A DNA stretch of 64,000 bases from a plasmid: the sequence record NZ_CP110904.1; one strand, given 5' to 3'. This document shows positions 28,517-38,383 of this stretch, piece by piece; positions within the stretch are counted from its first letter, which is position 1, and every line of letters begins with the position of its first letter. The notes below the pieces were generated by a model that saw only the letters and a list, made by a program, of their open reading frames with translations, searched no databases and was not told the DNA's origin. The translations under genes and the position numbers were made by a program.

Positions 28517-28872
28517 CGTTAATTGTCTGAGTATTTATATCAAAGTCCCTCGCGCTTAATTTTTGCTAGCACGTCCCTTTTCTCTCGATCGCGAATTAAG
28601 ATGGCTCAGTTCAGTTACAGACGACACACCGCAGGCATCCGCCAGGCATATCTACACGCAGGTCGGGAGGTCACGACGATTTCTTTCCGGATGCAAGATA
28701 CCTTTTCAGTTCCCCGGCGCCATCTCGGCACCGGGCGAAACCATCTGCATGCGGGTCAGACTTATACCACCAGCTGTGGGCCCCGGGCAGACCCAGACTC
28801 CCTTCCCCGTTTGCCAGCACTGACAGCTGAGTCCATAAAAAGAAACCCGGAGTTACCGGGTTCTTGTGCTGA

Positions 28873-29700
28873 TCAGCTGGCCTTCAGTCCGTGGCTTTGC
28901 AGGTGGCTATTGAGCGCATCATAGGCATCGGGTTCATAATTCCAGTTACGCCAGATCAGCTGGCGATCGTGGTCGCGATGATTACGGATGGCAATCTGGA
29001 AATGGCCTGCTGGCTGGAGGTTTTCGATAAAGACGTTCTGGTAACCGGCGGCAACGGCGCGGGCTTGAGCCAGTGATAACGGTGATTCGTTGCTGAAAAA
29101 TCCGCTCATGGGCATTTCCTTCATAATGGCCAGGCCTGAGCCTGGCACTGGGTGTCAGGCCACAAGGCGTTTCGCGAGTTTAACGAAGTGATCTTGGTTG
29201 TTGTAGAGCGGCATCTGATAGGCCCGGTCTGAAATAAACATCCGGATCTGGTCAAATGTCATGCCGCAGTTAAAGCCGGTTTCGCTGACATTAGCCCGGG
29301 GAAAATCGGCGCAAAATTCGTTTAACACCTTCTCATGGACAATGCCGATATTAAGGAGTCCGGCAGGTCCGTTATCACGGAAAGACACCACCCGGAATGC
29401 ACCGTACCAGCCCGACTGGCAGAAGAAGGTAAACGCCTAGTTCGCAAGTCCGTTAAACAGCTCGTAACGCAGGCTGGCACTTAGCGATTGACTGTCCAAG
29501 CAGTACACACGGTTGATGAAGACGCCTGGGTCGATATTTGCAGGGGTCTGCCCGTAAGCAATACACGGCATAGGCATTTCCGCAGTGTCTTTGTTATCAC
29601 CAATTACTTTATATTGGGTGGCGATGATATCCGCCAGCATTGATCCACCAAGTGTGTTAATTGCTGCGATGTCGTTAATCTGAATATTAAGATTTTTCAT
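28873..29700 (-). pseudogene. One reading frame split into three ORFs (87, 78 and 91 aa) by in-frame TAG and TGA codons. A disrupted gene of unknown function.
   Basis: ORFs 29437..29700, 29155..29391 and 28873..29148 share the same frame (all end coordinates are 0 mod 3). Only one TAG and one TGA interrupt them. Confidence 0.4.
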
Positions 29701-29781
29701 ATTTCACCTCGTCGTTTTTTATTATTATTCCACAACCGGTTTCGTGGCTAATAACCTGAAGTGAAATATTTAATAAATAAT

Positions 29782-30219
29782 TCAGTACGACAGACACAAG
29801 CCGGTTGACCGTTCAAAAATGTCCTGTAAATGAATACCACAGACATCCAGATTAAAGCGGACAAGCTCTGCTTCATTATTTGAAGTAGAAAATAAATAAA
29901 AATCAAATCCACCTGTATTATCATCTTTGAAAATTCTGAAGGAATTATTATCAACAGCGTCGGCCAGTTCAACGTGAACGCCATAGCGCACTTCACCGTC
30001 GTCAAACTGTGCAATTCGGCGCACAGATTTAAGACGGACAAATTTCGCCAGCTCCAGTTCGGGCGCCTGGGAAAACGTCAGTGCCTCGAAGATGAGATCA
30101 GCCGTTTCATGTTGCTTCCTGCGGTCGAACTCAAACAAACCGCCACCGTTGTTGCGATAGACCGGCTGAAGCGCATTGACCAGGTTGAACGACTGCCGGT
30201 TCCTGTCATATCTGTACAT
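29782..30219 (-). CDS. Hypothetical protein.
   Basis: 145-aa ORF. No recognised motif. Confidence 0.25.
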   Translation of the reverse strand: MYRYDRNRQSFNLVNALQPVYRNNGGGLFEFDRRKQHETADLIFEALTFSQAPELELAKFVRLKSVRRIAQFDDGEVRYGVHVELADAVDNNSFRIFKDDNTGGFDFYLFSTSNNEAELVRFNLDVCGIHLQDIFERSTGLCLSY

Positions 30220-30268
30220 TTAAAGGTACTCCAGACCTGCCAGCATCCACCAGCAGGACATAATGTGA

Positions 30269-30565
30269 TTAGTGCCAGTCGGCGATCAGTTCTTCGCACT
30301 GCAAAAAGGATAAGCACTGCTGTGCCAACACGGGCAGTACGGCAATGTTGGGTAGGCGGTTGTAACACCAGGCGTTAAACAGCATCTGCCACGGACCGGC
30401 GTAGTAACCGGCCATTTTCTTTTTTTGCTTCGGAGTACGGCACGCTGAAATAGCCTGCTGATAGAGACTTTCATTTTCGGCACCTGAGCGTTGTTGCAGT
30501 GCCTTGTAAATAAAGGAATAGAGAGCGTCGGAACAATTAGATGCGTAAGCCAGACTGATTTTCAT
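30269..30565 (-). CDS. Hypothetical protein.
   Basis: 98-aa ORF. No recognised motif. Confidence 0.25.
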   Translation of the reverse strand: MKISLAYASNCSDALYSFIYKALQQRSGAENESLYQQAISACRTPKQKKKMAGYYAGPWQMLFNAWCYNRLPNIAVLPVLAQQCLSFLQCEELIADWH

Positions 30566-30776
30566 AATACCTCCTGTTTTTTGGTATTATATAAAATTCG
30601 ACCTGCTAGCTAATAACCTACACTGAATATATTTTTAAATTCCCATAAATATTAAATATGGACGAATGTGGATTTAAGCGTTGTAAATTATTAAAACCAT
30701 ATCTTATTCTACCATTATGTATTCCCTACAATACGCTTGCTAATTCGTAATTTTGCAGTTATTTGAATATCACCAT

Positions 30777-31833
30777 GGCTTTGTTGAATAAATCGAACTT
30801 TTGCTGAGTTGAAGGATCAGATCACGTATCTTCCCGACAACGCAGACCGTTCCGTGGCAAAGCAAAAGTTCAAAATCACCAACTGGCCCACCTACAATAA
30901 AGCCCTCATCAACCGTGGCTCCATAACTTTCTGGCTGGATGATGAAGCTATTCAGGCCTGGTATGAGTCAGCAACACCTTCTTCACGAGGCAGACCTCAG
31001 CGCTATTCTGACCTTGCCATCACGACTGTGCTGGTCATTAAACGCGTATTCAGGCTGACCCTGCGGGCTGCGCAGGGCTTTATTGATTCCATTTTTTCTC
31101 TGATGAACGTTCCGCTACGCTGCCCGGATTACAGCTGTGTCAGCAGGCGGGCAAAGTCGGTTAATGTCAGTTTCAAAACGCCCACCCGGGGTGAAATCGC
31201 ACACCTGGTAATTGATTCCACCGGGCTGAAGGTCTTCGGTGAAGGCGAGTGGAAAGTCAAAAAGCATGGCCAGGAACGCCGCCGTATCTGGCGTAAGCTG
31301 CATCTCGCCGTTGACAGTAAAACACATGAAATCATCTGCGCTGACCTGTCGCTGAACAACGTTACGGACTCAGAGGCCTTCCCCGGGTTAATCCGGCAAA
31401 CCCACCGGAAAATCAGGTCAGCCGCCGCCGATGGCGCTTACGATACCCGGCTATGTCACGATGAACTGCGGCGTAAGAAAATCAGCGCGCTTATCCCTCC
31501 CCGAAAAGGTGCGGGTTACTGGCCCGGTGAATATGCAGACCGTAACCGTGCAGTGGCTAATCAGCGAATGACCGGGAGTAATGCGCGGTGGAAATGGACA
31601 ACAGATTACAATCGTCGCTCGATAGCGGAAACGGCGATGTACCGGGTAAAACAGCTGTTCGGGGGTTCACTGACGCTGCGTGACTACGATGGTCAGGTTG
31701 CGGAGGCTATGGCCCTGGTACGAGCGCTGAACAAAATGACGAAAGCAGGTATGCCTGAAAGCGTGCGTATTGCCTGAAAACACAACCCGCTACGGGGGAG
31801 ACTTACCCGAAATCTGATTTATTCAACAAAGCC
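30777..31833 (+). mobile_element. IS903-group (IS5 family) insertion sequence, copy 1, flanked by the 9-bp target duplication TATCACCAT.
   Basis: Terminal inverted repeats GGCTTTGTTGAATAAATCG at 30777 and its reverse complement ending at 31833. The element is 1057 bp. Identical 9-mers lie at 30768–30776 and 31834–31842. Confidence 0.85.
30854..31777 (+). CDS. tnpA: IS903-group DDE transposase (GTG start; the ORF track begins at an upstream TTG).
   Basis: N-terminus (M)AKQKFKITNWPTYNKALINRGSITFWLDD is characteristic of IS903/IS102 transposases. It is 99% identical to the copy at 48507–49430. Confidence 0.8.
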   Translation: MAKQKFKITNWPTYNKALINRGSITFWLDDEAIQAWYESATPSSRGRPQRYSDLAITTVLVIKRVFRLTLRAAQGFIDSIFSLMNVPLRCPDYSCVSRRAKSVNVSFKTPTRGEIAHLVIDSTGLKVFGEGEWKVKKHGQERRRIWRKLHLAVDSKTHEIICADLSLNNVTDSEAFPGLIRQTHRKIRSAAADGAYDTRLCHDELRRKKISALIPPRKGAGYWPGEYADRNRAVANQRMTGSNARWKWTTDYNRRSIAETAMYRVKQLFGGSLTLRDYDGQVAEAMALVRALNKMTKAGMPESVRIA

Positions 31834-32009
31834 TATCACCATCCTAAAAGCTGGTAGCCACCTATTTTCCCTCGGATGTAAGTTCACAATAACTCTGTTT
31901 ATTGCCTGTTCAGTGGCGGTTAAGATTTATAAATGGGTGTGCCATTCGTCAAATCGGTATCCATGGGGTTTGCAGGTACTTATTAAAACGGATCATTCAC
32001 CTTTTACGT

Positions 32010-32291
32010 TTACTGCAAACGAGCGTAAGAATTCAGTTGCAGCTCTGCGTCCGCCTGCTGTTGCAGCACGTCCATCACCCGGCTGAGCATGGTCAGCGCC
32101 TGGGAGGGGGAGCCGCCAAAAGTCACTTTAATTTCGTTGGTGGTGTGGTGCTGCTCCAGATCGAGAATATTCACTTCCACGTCTTCGCCCTTCTCATCCT
32201 TCGCCGTACACTGAATGCTGACCCGGGTCACAGGGTCCTTAACTGTCTGCAATGGTGCCTTCGTGCTGACGTTGATCGCGATATTCTTCAT
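32010..32291 (-). CDS. Small hypothetical protein (probable start at MKNIAINV).
   Basis: ORF downstream of the parB-like gene on the same strand. Confidence 0.3.
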   Translation of the reverse strand: MKNIAINVSTKAPLQTVKDPVTRVSIQCTAKDEKGEDVEVNILDLEQHHTTNEIKVTFGGSPSQALTMLSRVMDVLQQQADAELQLNSYARLQ

Positions 32292-32355
32292 TACCCTGTT
32301 TCTCCTTGACCTGTGGTGGTAACCGACCCTACCGGGTGGAGGGTCGGTCAGAAAA

Positions 32356-33563
32356 TCATGCCTGGCCCTGTTGCTGCTTTTCGGCATGCTTACGCAGGTA
32401 CTGCGTGAGATTGCCGTGGGCTTCACAGATGGCATTCATCTCATCATTGGTCAGCACTAAGGTGTACGTATCGTCGCTGAGGTTCTTAGCGGCACGTTGT
32501 TCTGCTTCTTCCGCAATACGCGAAAAAAGCGGGATTGCCGTGTCCGCAATCGTCGTCACGGTCTTTTTGTTGAGTACGCTGGAGACCGATACAGTTTTAG
32601 GCTCTGGCGTTTTGATCGGATCTTTCGCCTTCGGCTCCGGGGTGTTTTCCGGAGTTGGCTCCGGGTTGGTCCCAACATTCCCGTCCACCAGCTGCGGCGG
32701 GGTGGTCTCATCCGTAGTACCTTCGACGGATGTTTGTTCCGTCACGGTGGTTTCAGGGGTGTTTGCGTTCGTTTCCTGCACGACCGGCGCTTTCGGCTGC
32801 ATGGCTGCATCAATTTTGCCAGCTTTGACGAATTTAAGGGTTTTGGCCGTCGCCTTGCCATAGACGTCGATGGCTTTGGTGATATTATTCACGGCCTTAT
32901 CGCCGCTGTAGAGATATTCATCCAGCGCGACATACATGCTCACTTCCCCTGTCACCAGCATAACCTGGAGGGCTTCAGGCAGGTCCAGGACGCGAACCAT
33001 CTGACGCAGGTGCTGTTCTGTTTTACCGCGACGCTTGGCCAGTTCTGCGAACGTTTTAGGTTCTTCAGCATCTTCGACCATCCGTTTGATGGAGAGCGCC
33101 TCAGCCACGACAGACAGAGCCAGATTAGAGTTACCGTCCAGCGTAAACTGTTCGGCACTGGCGCGGCTACCGCGAAACTCCTCGCAGCGAATTAACGAAA
33201 TCAGTTCACGCCCTTCCTCTGCCAGCTCGATGTTTGCCATAGCGGCGGCGCGGATACGACATGCCCCCTGACGCAGAACAGGACGACCATTCAGAACCTG
33301 CACGACGATAGCTGGTACGCTTAAAGGCTCAGACTTATAGGACTCTTTAAGACTGTTCAGGTGGGCTACCACGTGGGGTAAGGAGTAGTAGCTTTCTCCC
33401 ATGCCAGCGGTACGGGTGTTAAAACCTTCTTCCTCTTCGACCACTGCCGGGTTGATGACCAGACCATTGCTTTTGCGTGCGCCGTTACCGGAACGCTCCA
33501 GGTAAGTGCGCAGGCTGATATCGTTGTTAGCGGTTTTTACATCATTTTCGATAGTGGACATTG
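32356..33563 (-). CDS. parB: ParB/KorB-like partition or regulatory protein (start placed at MSTIEND after the RBS aaggaagg).
   Basis: ParB-box-like LRQGACRIRAAAMA (GxRRxRA-type). A central HTH-like region. The C-terminus is Pro/Thr/Glu-rich. Three palindromic operator copies cluster within 350 bp upstream. Confidence 0.45.
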
Positions 33564-33650
33564 TGGCCTTCCTTTTAATTTTTCGTTTAGGGTGGTTGTT
33601 CGCTACAACACAACAATACCAGGTTCGATTCATTTCCTAATAACCTGAGG

Positions 33651-33677
33651 CGAAAAAAAAAGTAACTTTTTTTCCCG
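33651..33677. promoter_or_regulatory. Dispersed palindrome copy (site 1 of 3 upstream of parB-like).
   Basis: CGAAAAAAAAAGTAACTTTTTTTCCCG. Confidence 0.6.
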
Positions 33678-33772
33678 GGGTAATAGTACGTGATCCGTCC
33701 GTTTTAATTTTTCGCTAAGGAGGCCAAATTTAACTTTAGTGTGAAATCGGGTACCAAAAAGCCGGAATTTAT

Positions 33773-33790
33773 CGAAAAGTTACTTTTCCG
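33773..33790. promoter_or_regulatory. Dispersed palindrome copy (site 2 of 3).
   Basis: CGAAAAGTTACTTTTCCG, a near-perfect 18-bp palindrome. Confidence 0.65.
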
Positions 33791-33890
33791 TCTGCAAGAA
33801 CCCACAATAATGCAGATCCGTCAGCATGAAAGGTGTGACATGCGCTGAAGGGAAGATGAGTAAGAGGGGAACTGCGGCGTCACACGGCAT

Positions 33891-33906
33891 CTAAAGTTAC
33901 TTTTCC
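33891..33906. promoter_or_regulatory. Dispersed palindrome copy (site 3 of 3).
   Basis: CTAAAGTTACTTTTCC. Confidence 0.6.
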
Positions 33907-34467
33907 AAAATATGGAATGGCAATCTATCTATCGCTATAAAGGAATAACCGGGATCACTGTCGAACATCTCAACGCGGGGCAGGTAGAATGAGGGAATTA
34001 AAATCGGGCCAGGCTAAATCTGCCCGACCATCGGGAAAGGATACGGCGGCATGGGTCTTACACGAGATAATGCGAATGTATGGTCTTTTCCGGTTGCGAC
34101 TGTTGGGTTTCTTTCTCACCTGTGGCTAACCGTCGGTATTCGGCGTCACAAAACATCCGTAAGTTGGTAAAGACTTTCTCCATAAACTCAGCGTGAGCAA
34201 ACGACTCACCCGGGGATTGTGTACGTTCTTTCATACATTCCTTTTTAATCATGTCGACACCTTCGGCACAGGTTGCAGCGGGTACGTCAGCGGGTCACCA
34301 GCTGGCGCTGATAATTCGTGAATCCGGAATAGTATTCTACCCTGTTCGCATGCCACATCTGGTCGATAAGCGGGGAATTTCAATCCTATATTGAACCCAG
34401 CGACCACCGCAGGGAGAAGGGGCACATGACTTGTTTGTCCGTCCGGTCTCGGCATAAGGAGCGAGCC

Positions 34468-34722
34468 ATGAGCAAAGAGACTCTGTCACTGGCAACCCGT
34501 TACGCGGGCAACTCCTCTGTGATTTCGGAAATGCAGACAGCGCTGGACGTAATGCCGCTGGTGACGGAAGCCGTTCAGAGCGTGTGCGAACGGGTTGAAT
34601 GTGAGCCCACTGAATTTCTGGACGCGATGGCGCTTGTAAAACGTTTCCTGCTGGCAAAACAAGATGAACTCCGTGCGGAAAGCGTTTCAATCCGCAAGCA
34701 GCTGGGTGAGATGGGGGAATAA
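34468..34722 (+). CDS. Small hypothetical protein (start at MSKETLS).
   Basis: RBS-like ggagcgagccATG. First gene of a plus-strand cluster of small genes. Confidence 0.3.
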   Translation: MSKETLSLATRYAGNSSVISEMQTALDVMPLVTEAVQSVCERVECEPTEFLDAMALVKRFLLAKQDELRAESVSIRKQLGEMGE

Positions 34723-35132
34723 TGATGATTAAGTCTACTATCAGCAACGATGCGCTTCGCACCCGTATTCAGGCGCTGCGTAAAACCAGTGCAAACACCC
34801 TTGTCAGCACGGCGAAATTCGACGCTGATGCGCTGGAGGACCTCCTGCGCCTGCGTACCGCAGTGAAGCTGAGACGAGTACACGTGGTCCAGAGTGGCAC
34901 CTGCGACTGCGAGGAGCCCTGTGAATGCATGCCCGGGCTGTATGTAACCGTCGACTCCGGCGTGGGTCACGGCCAGGCGGTCTGGACTTACCGGGACGAC
35001 GGAAAATCCGGTCTGGCGTACTGGTGCGAATTTATGGGACTCGCTCCATTCTGGGCCGAAGACCAGATGCATGCCGCCGAACTGCTTCGCGAGAAACTGG
35101 CCCCTGACCCGACGGTTTCAACAGCGACATGA
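34722..35132 (+). CDS. Hypothetical Cys-rich protein.
   Basis: SGTCDCEEPCECMPG motif. Its start overlaps the upstream stop. Confidence 0.3.
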   Translation: MMIKSTISNDALRTRIQALRKTSANTLVSTAKFDADALEDLLRLRTAVKLRRVHVVQSGTCDCEEPCECMPGLYVTVDSGVGHGQAVWTYRDDGKSGLAYWCEFMGLAPFWAEDQMHAAELLREKLAPDPTVSTAT

Positions 35133-35440
35133 CACGGCTGCACTCTCCCCCTGGGAGCCGCACTACGCGGCTCTGTTTGACCGAGAACACTATGACCGAT
35201 AACAATGAAAAGCACGTTAACGCGATCCATATGAAGGGCAACGATAACGCGAAAAAAGATGAGGCCGACAAAGCAACGGCACTGGTCCAGATGCGTATGA
35301 CCCCGGAGAAAAAATCACGCTATGTCCGTGAGGCGAAGCGTAATGGCCTGACTATCTCGGCATGGATTCAGCGTCATATGGATCAGGTATGTGATGAGTC
35401 AGACGTAAACTATCTAAAGAAAAAGGCTGGCGAGCAATAG
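35129..35440 (+). CDS. Small RHH-like putative DNA-binding protein (paralog A).
   Basis: Shares QMRMTPEKKSRY..A..NGL(T)IS.WI..HMD.VCD with 36511..36885. Confidence 0.35.
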   Translation: MTRLHSPPGSRTTRLCLTENTMTDNNEKHVNAIHMKGNDNAKKDEADKATALVQMRMTPEKKSRYVREAKRNGLTISAWIQRHMDQVCDESDVNYLKKKAGEQ

Positions 35441-35460
35441 GCGACAGTCCACCAGCAGCA

Positions 35461-35480
35461 GCGAAAAGTTACTTTCCCGG
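35461..35480. promoter_or_regulatory. Dispersed palindrome copy between small regulator-like genes.
   Basis: GCGAAAAGTTACTTTCCCGG. Confidence 0.6.
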
Positions 35481-35564
35481 TTGCCTGAAAAGGACCGCAT
35501 ACTGCAAACACAAGGTGTGAACATCACACCCCCGCCCCGGCGGCTCCGGGCAAAGGAGTATCCA

Positions 35565-35897
35565 ATGAAACTTTCCCGCCAGACCACGAACGACACTGCT
35601 GTAATCGAAGGTACCCGCAGCCACTTCTGGGGTCGCTCGCTCTACTTCATCATTGAGAATGCGCCCAGGGCACACCTCGTCGCTATTGATGAATTGCTGG
35701 ATGCAGCGGGTTGGGAAAGCGATCACTGTCCAAACTACGAAGATGACGATGCGTTTGGGCATGCCGGTTACAGCTGCGGGTACATGATTGAGATAGATGA
35801 CGTGGCACGCTTCAGGGCTGACTATAAGCGCCTCAAAAAGCAGATTGCCGCCCATATCGCCGCCCAGCGTAAAGCCGCAGCCAAACAGACGGCATGA
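35565..35897 (+). CDS. Hypothetical protein (start at MKLSRQ after aaaggag).
   Basis: ORF with a good RBS. Internal start of track ORF 35481..35897. Confidence 0.3.
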   Translation: MKLSRQTTNDTAVIEGTRSHFWGRSLYFIIENAPRAHLVAIDELLDAAGWESDHCPNYEDDDAFGHAGYSCGYMIEIDDVARFRADYKRLKKQIAAHIAAQRKAAAKQTA

Positions 35898-35941
35898 ATT
35901 TTAATGCAAGCGTTGAGCCTGCATCTAAAAGGAACTGTGCA

Positions 35942-36511
35942 ATGACCGAACAACTATCGGATGAAAAACTGCACCAGCTGGAAGGTGCTGCCGCAAATTA
36001 CCGTACGACATACCAGGCGCACCTCGCTAATCCACTGGATGGCTCCGCAGTACAGGACTGGGATGAAGCGACCCGTCAACTAATGGCGGTCATCAATTAC
36101 GATGAAGCCAATATTATCGCGCACCTACTGGCTCGCCGGGATGCAGATCTTGCCAGGCATGAAAGCGACATGACCCGGGCTATCGCAGCTTGGCAGACGG
36201 CATCCGTGAAGCTGTCCGAGCAGGCCAGCCAGCAACCAGAATTCCACCTCCGCCGTGTTGGTGGGGACGAGGAGCTCTATGCCCCTTGTGGAAAAGATTA
36301 TCCACGGGGAAGAGCGTACTACGTTAAGCCGGTAGTGAGCCTGGTTACCGTAAATTGTCCGCCCTGCGACCAATGCTTTGATTCTGCCGACGCCGCAACG
36401 GCCTACCGGGATGAGCAGTGGAGACATGTGCTGAGTGAAGCTGGTGTGCTGGTTACGCCGGGGGAGACAGCCCCGGTTCAGCCCACTGAAGACAAGCCGC
36501 TTTCCAAATAG
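35942..36511 (+). CDS. Hypothetical protein (start at MTEQLS).
   Basis: RBS aaaaggaactgtgcaATG. Cys pairs CPPCDQC. Confidence 0.3.
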   Translation: MTEQLSDEKLHQLEGAAANYRTTYQAHLANPLDGSAVQDWDEATRQLMAVINYDEANIIAHLLARRDADLARHESDMTRAIAAWQTASVKLSEQASQQPEFHLRRVGGDEELYAPCGKDYPRGRAYYVKPVVSLVTVNCPPCDQCFDSADAATAYRDEQWRHVLSEAGVLVTPGETAPVQPTEDKPLSK

Positions 36512-36885
36512 TGCGATTGAAAATGAAAACGAAGATGAAACAGCCCAAATCTGCACTTCAGAATGCGATGAAGGGCGAAGAGCCTGCGAGCGTACAAATT
36601 CAGATGCGTGCCACTGTAACAAGAAAAGAACGCTATAAGGCGCAGGCAATTCAGGAGGATCTGAATTTAACCGAATGGATGGCGAATCATCTGGACGCCG
36701 TCTGTGACGCCGCCGAAGGAAAGGCATCCGTCAGCATCTTTTCCCCGGTTGTACCGGAGAAGATCCCAGACAGCGTCTACCAGGTCATCTATCAGGAATG
36801 CGGCGGGTTCGTGGACTGCGATGCGAATGCCCAGACGATCTGGAATGCCTGCCGCCAGGCCATTCTGAAAAACGTGAAAGACTGA
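36511..36885 (+). CDS. Small RHH-like putative DNA-binding protein (paralog B).
   Basis: Motif QIQMRATVTRKERYKAQAIQEDLNLTEWMANHLDAVCD, paralogous to 35129..35440. Confidence 0.35.
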   Translation: MRLKMKTKMKQPKSALQNAMKGEEPASVQIQMRATVTRKERYKAQAIQEDLNLTEWMANHLDAVCDAAEGKASVSIFSPVVPEKIPDSVYQVIYQECGGFVDCDANAQTIWNACRQAILKNVKD

Positions 36886-37267
36886 ATACCCGGCGTCATT
36901 TTACCGGATGCAGCAAGGACAAACATGACCATAATTGAACGCCGTGCAGAGATGCGCCAGACGGCCATTAAAGCTCTGCTGGATGCTGAAGAAGCACTGA
37001 CCGCACTGGCTATGTCCTATGAGCTACAGCCCAATGAGAAGACCAGTGCATGTCATCCACAAACCAGTACTCTCTCCACGACCAGCCAGGTTCGGAAATT
37101 GCGGCGGGTCCTCGAAAAATTGAGGCGTTGAGAATTAAACAGGACGCAGGAGGAGGTACCCAGTGCGAGCCGCAGCCGTTCTGGGGAGAATTTTAATCCG
37201 ACGGTATTCCACTGAGACTGTTGAATGCCTTGGGTAATTGAGTGGCGGTCTGCCACCGAACGGAAGG

Positions 37268-37302
37268 AAAAAAGGGTTTCCCCGACCGGAGAAACCCTTT
37301 TC
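37268..37302. terminator. Bidirectional terminator hairpin.
   Basis: aaaagggtttc-N10-gaaaccctttt: 10-bp arms flanked by A and T runs. Confidence 0.5.
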
Positions 37303-37365
37303 TAAAGGTGCTATTGGCTTGCTGGCCACATCTGAATCGAGGGGGGTTCCCCCCCCCTCTTTCAG

Positions 37366-37524
37366 CTACTTACCGGATTCGTAGTCCATCACAGCCGACA
37401 CTTCCCGCGTACCGTCTTTCAGCCGCAGTTCGCAGAGCGAATTGCGCGTAAGCCAGGTGAATATCAACAGCGTAAGACATACTATCAATACGCACAAAAC
37501 AACGGGTTGGTTCGGCAGTTTCAT
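37366..37524 (-). CDS. hok: Hok/Gef-family membrane toxin (51 aa). Not in the ORF track because it is under 60 aa.
   Basis: Manual translation gives [52 protein letters not shown], which closely matches the Hok/HokD consensus. It sits directly downstream of relE, as in the E. coli relBE-hokD locus. Confidence 0.7.
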   Translation of the reverse strand: MKLPNQPVVLCVLIVCLTLLIFTWLTRNSLCELRLKDGTREVSAVMDYESGK

Positions 37525-37594
37525 GGCTTCTTCTCCTGTCAACGCAAAGCAGAAGTGTCACCATCGGTGCGAAACAGAGATGTCATGCTTTGGT

Positions 37595-37882
37595 TCAGAG
37601 AATGCGTTTGACCGCCTCGCTATATACTTCCGAGCGTTCTCTTTTCCCAACAGAAATCACGAAAACGACAACTTTCTCGTCTATAACCTGGTATACAAGG
37701 CGATAGCCTGAAGACCGGAGCTTAATCTTGTAACAATCAGGCATACCACGGAGCTTGTTTGCTTCAATCCGGGGTGACTCAAGTACTTCAACCAGCTTCT
37801 TTTTCAACTGTTCACGTACCGTCGAGCCCAGCTTTCGCCATTCCTTTAGTGCCCGCTCGTCAAAATCCAGAAAATACGCCAT
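37595..37882 (-). CDS. relE: RelE mRNA-interferase toxin.
   Basis: MAYFLDFDERALKEWRKLGSTVREQLKKKLVEVLESPRIEANKLRGMPDCYKIKLRSSGYRLVYQVIDEKVVVFVISVGKRERSEVY. Essentially the E. coli RelE sequence. Confidence 0.8.
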   Translation of the reverse strand: MAYFLDFDERALKEWRKLGSTVREQLKKKLVEVLESPRIEANKLRGMPDCYKIKLRSSGYRLVYQVIDEKVVVFVISVGKRERSEVYSEAVKRIL

Positions 37883-38121
37883 CAGAGTTCATCCAGCGTC
37901 ACACGTACTGGCTTAGGATTACGAAGTCGTTCTTTCACTATCTCCACAAGTTCAGCATCTTCATCACTCAGGAGTGTCTGTTTGAACGGCAAGCGTTCAT
38001 TGTCAGCGATATACTCGAGCATGAGACGAAGCGCTTCAGAAGGAGTTACGCCCATTTTTTCAAGCGCGGCGTAAGAACGCGCTTTAAGTTCATCGTCAAT
38101 ACGTAGGTTAATGCTACCCAT
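37882..38121 (-). CDS. relB: RelB antitoxin.
   Basis: MGSINLRIDDELKARSYAALEKMGVTPSEALRLMLEYIADNERLPFKQ... matches E. coli RelB. Its stop overlaps the relE start. Confidence 0.8.
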   Translation of the reverse strand: MGSINLRIDDELKARSYAALEKMGVTPSEALRLMLEYIADNERLPFKQTLLSDEDAELVEIVKERLRNPKPVRVTLDEL

Positions 38122-38383
38122 GTCTTACACCCCTTGTAATTACAAATGTCATTACAAGTATCGCACTACAACATGCTTAGGGCAAGTCACGAAGTAAGTC
38201 AGAAAGTAGTCGTAAGAACGGTGATCACTGTCCGCTTTGTGCCAGAAGCGGACTTTTTAAAAATATTGCGTGCCCAACAATTGGGCGCAGGTCACATCAA
38301 GTACCCTCAGAATTATAGAGAATACCTGAAATTTTTGTAGAGCGAGGTTTGTTACCCTGCCCGACCAGCGACATGTGGTTAGT

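Noticed and set aside
28873-29700. Selenocysteine recoding at the in-frame TGA.
   Set aside because: A TAG also interrupts the same frame and I cannot evaluate a SECIS element by eye. A pseudogene is more parsimonious, so it is reported as an open question only.
38146-38340. A 64-aa plus-strand ORF between relB and the CDF transporter.
   Set aside because: It lies in the promoter region of the relBE operon, has no RBS and has no conservation signal.
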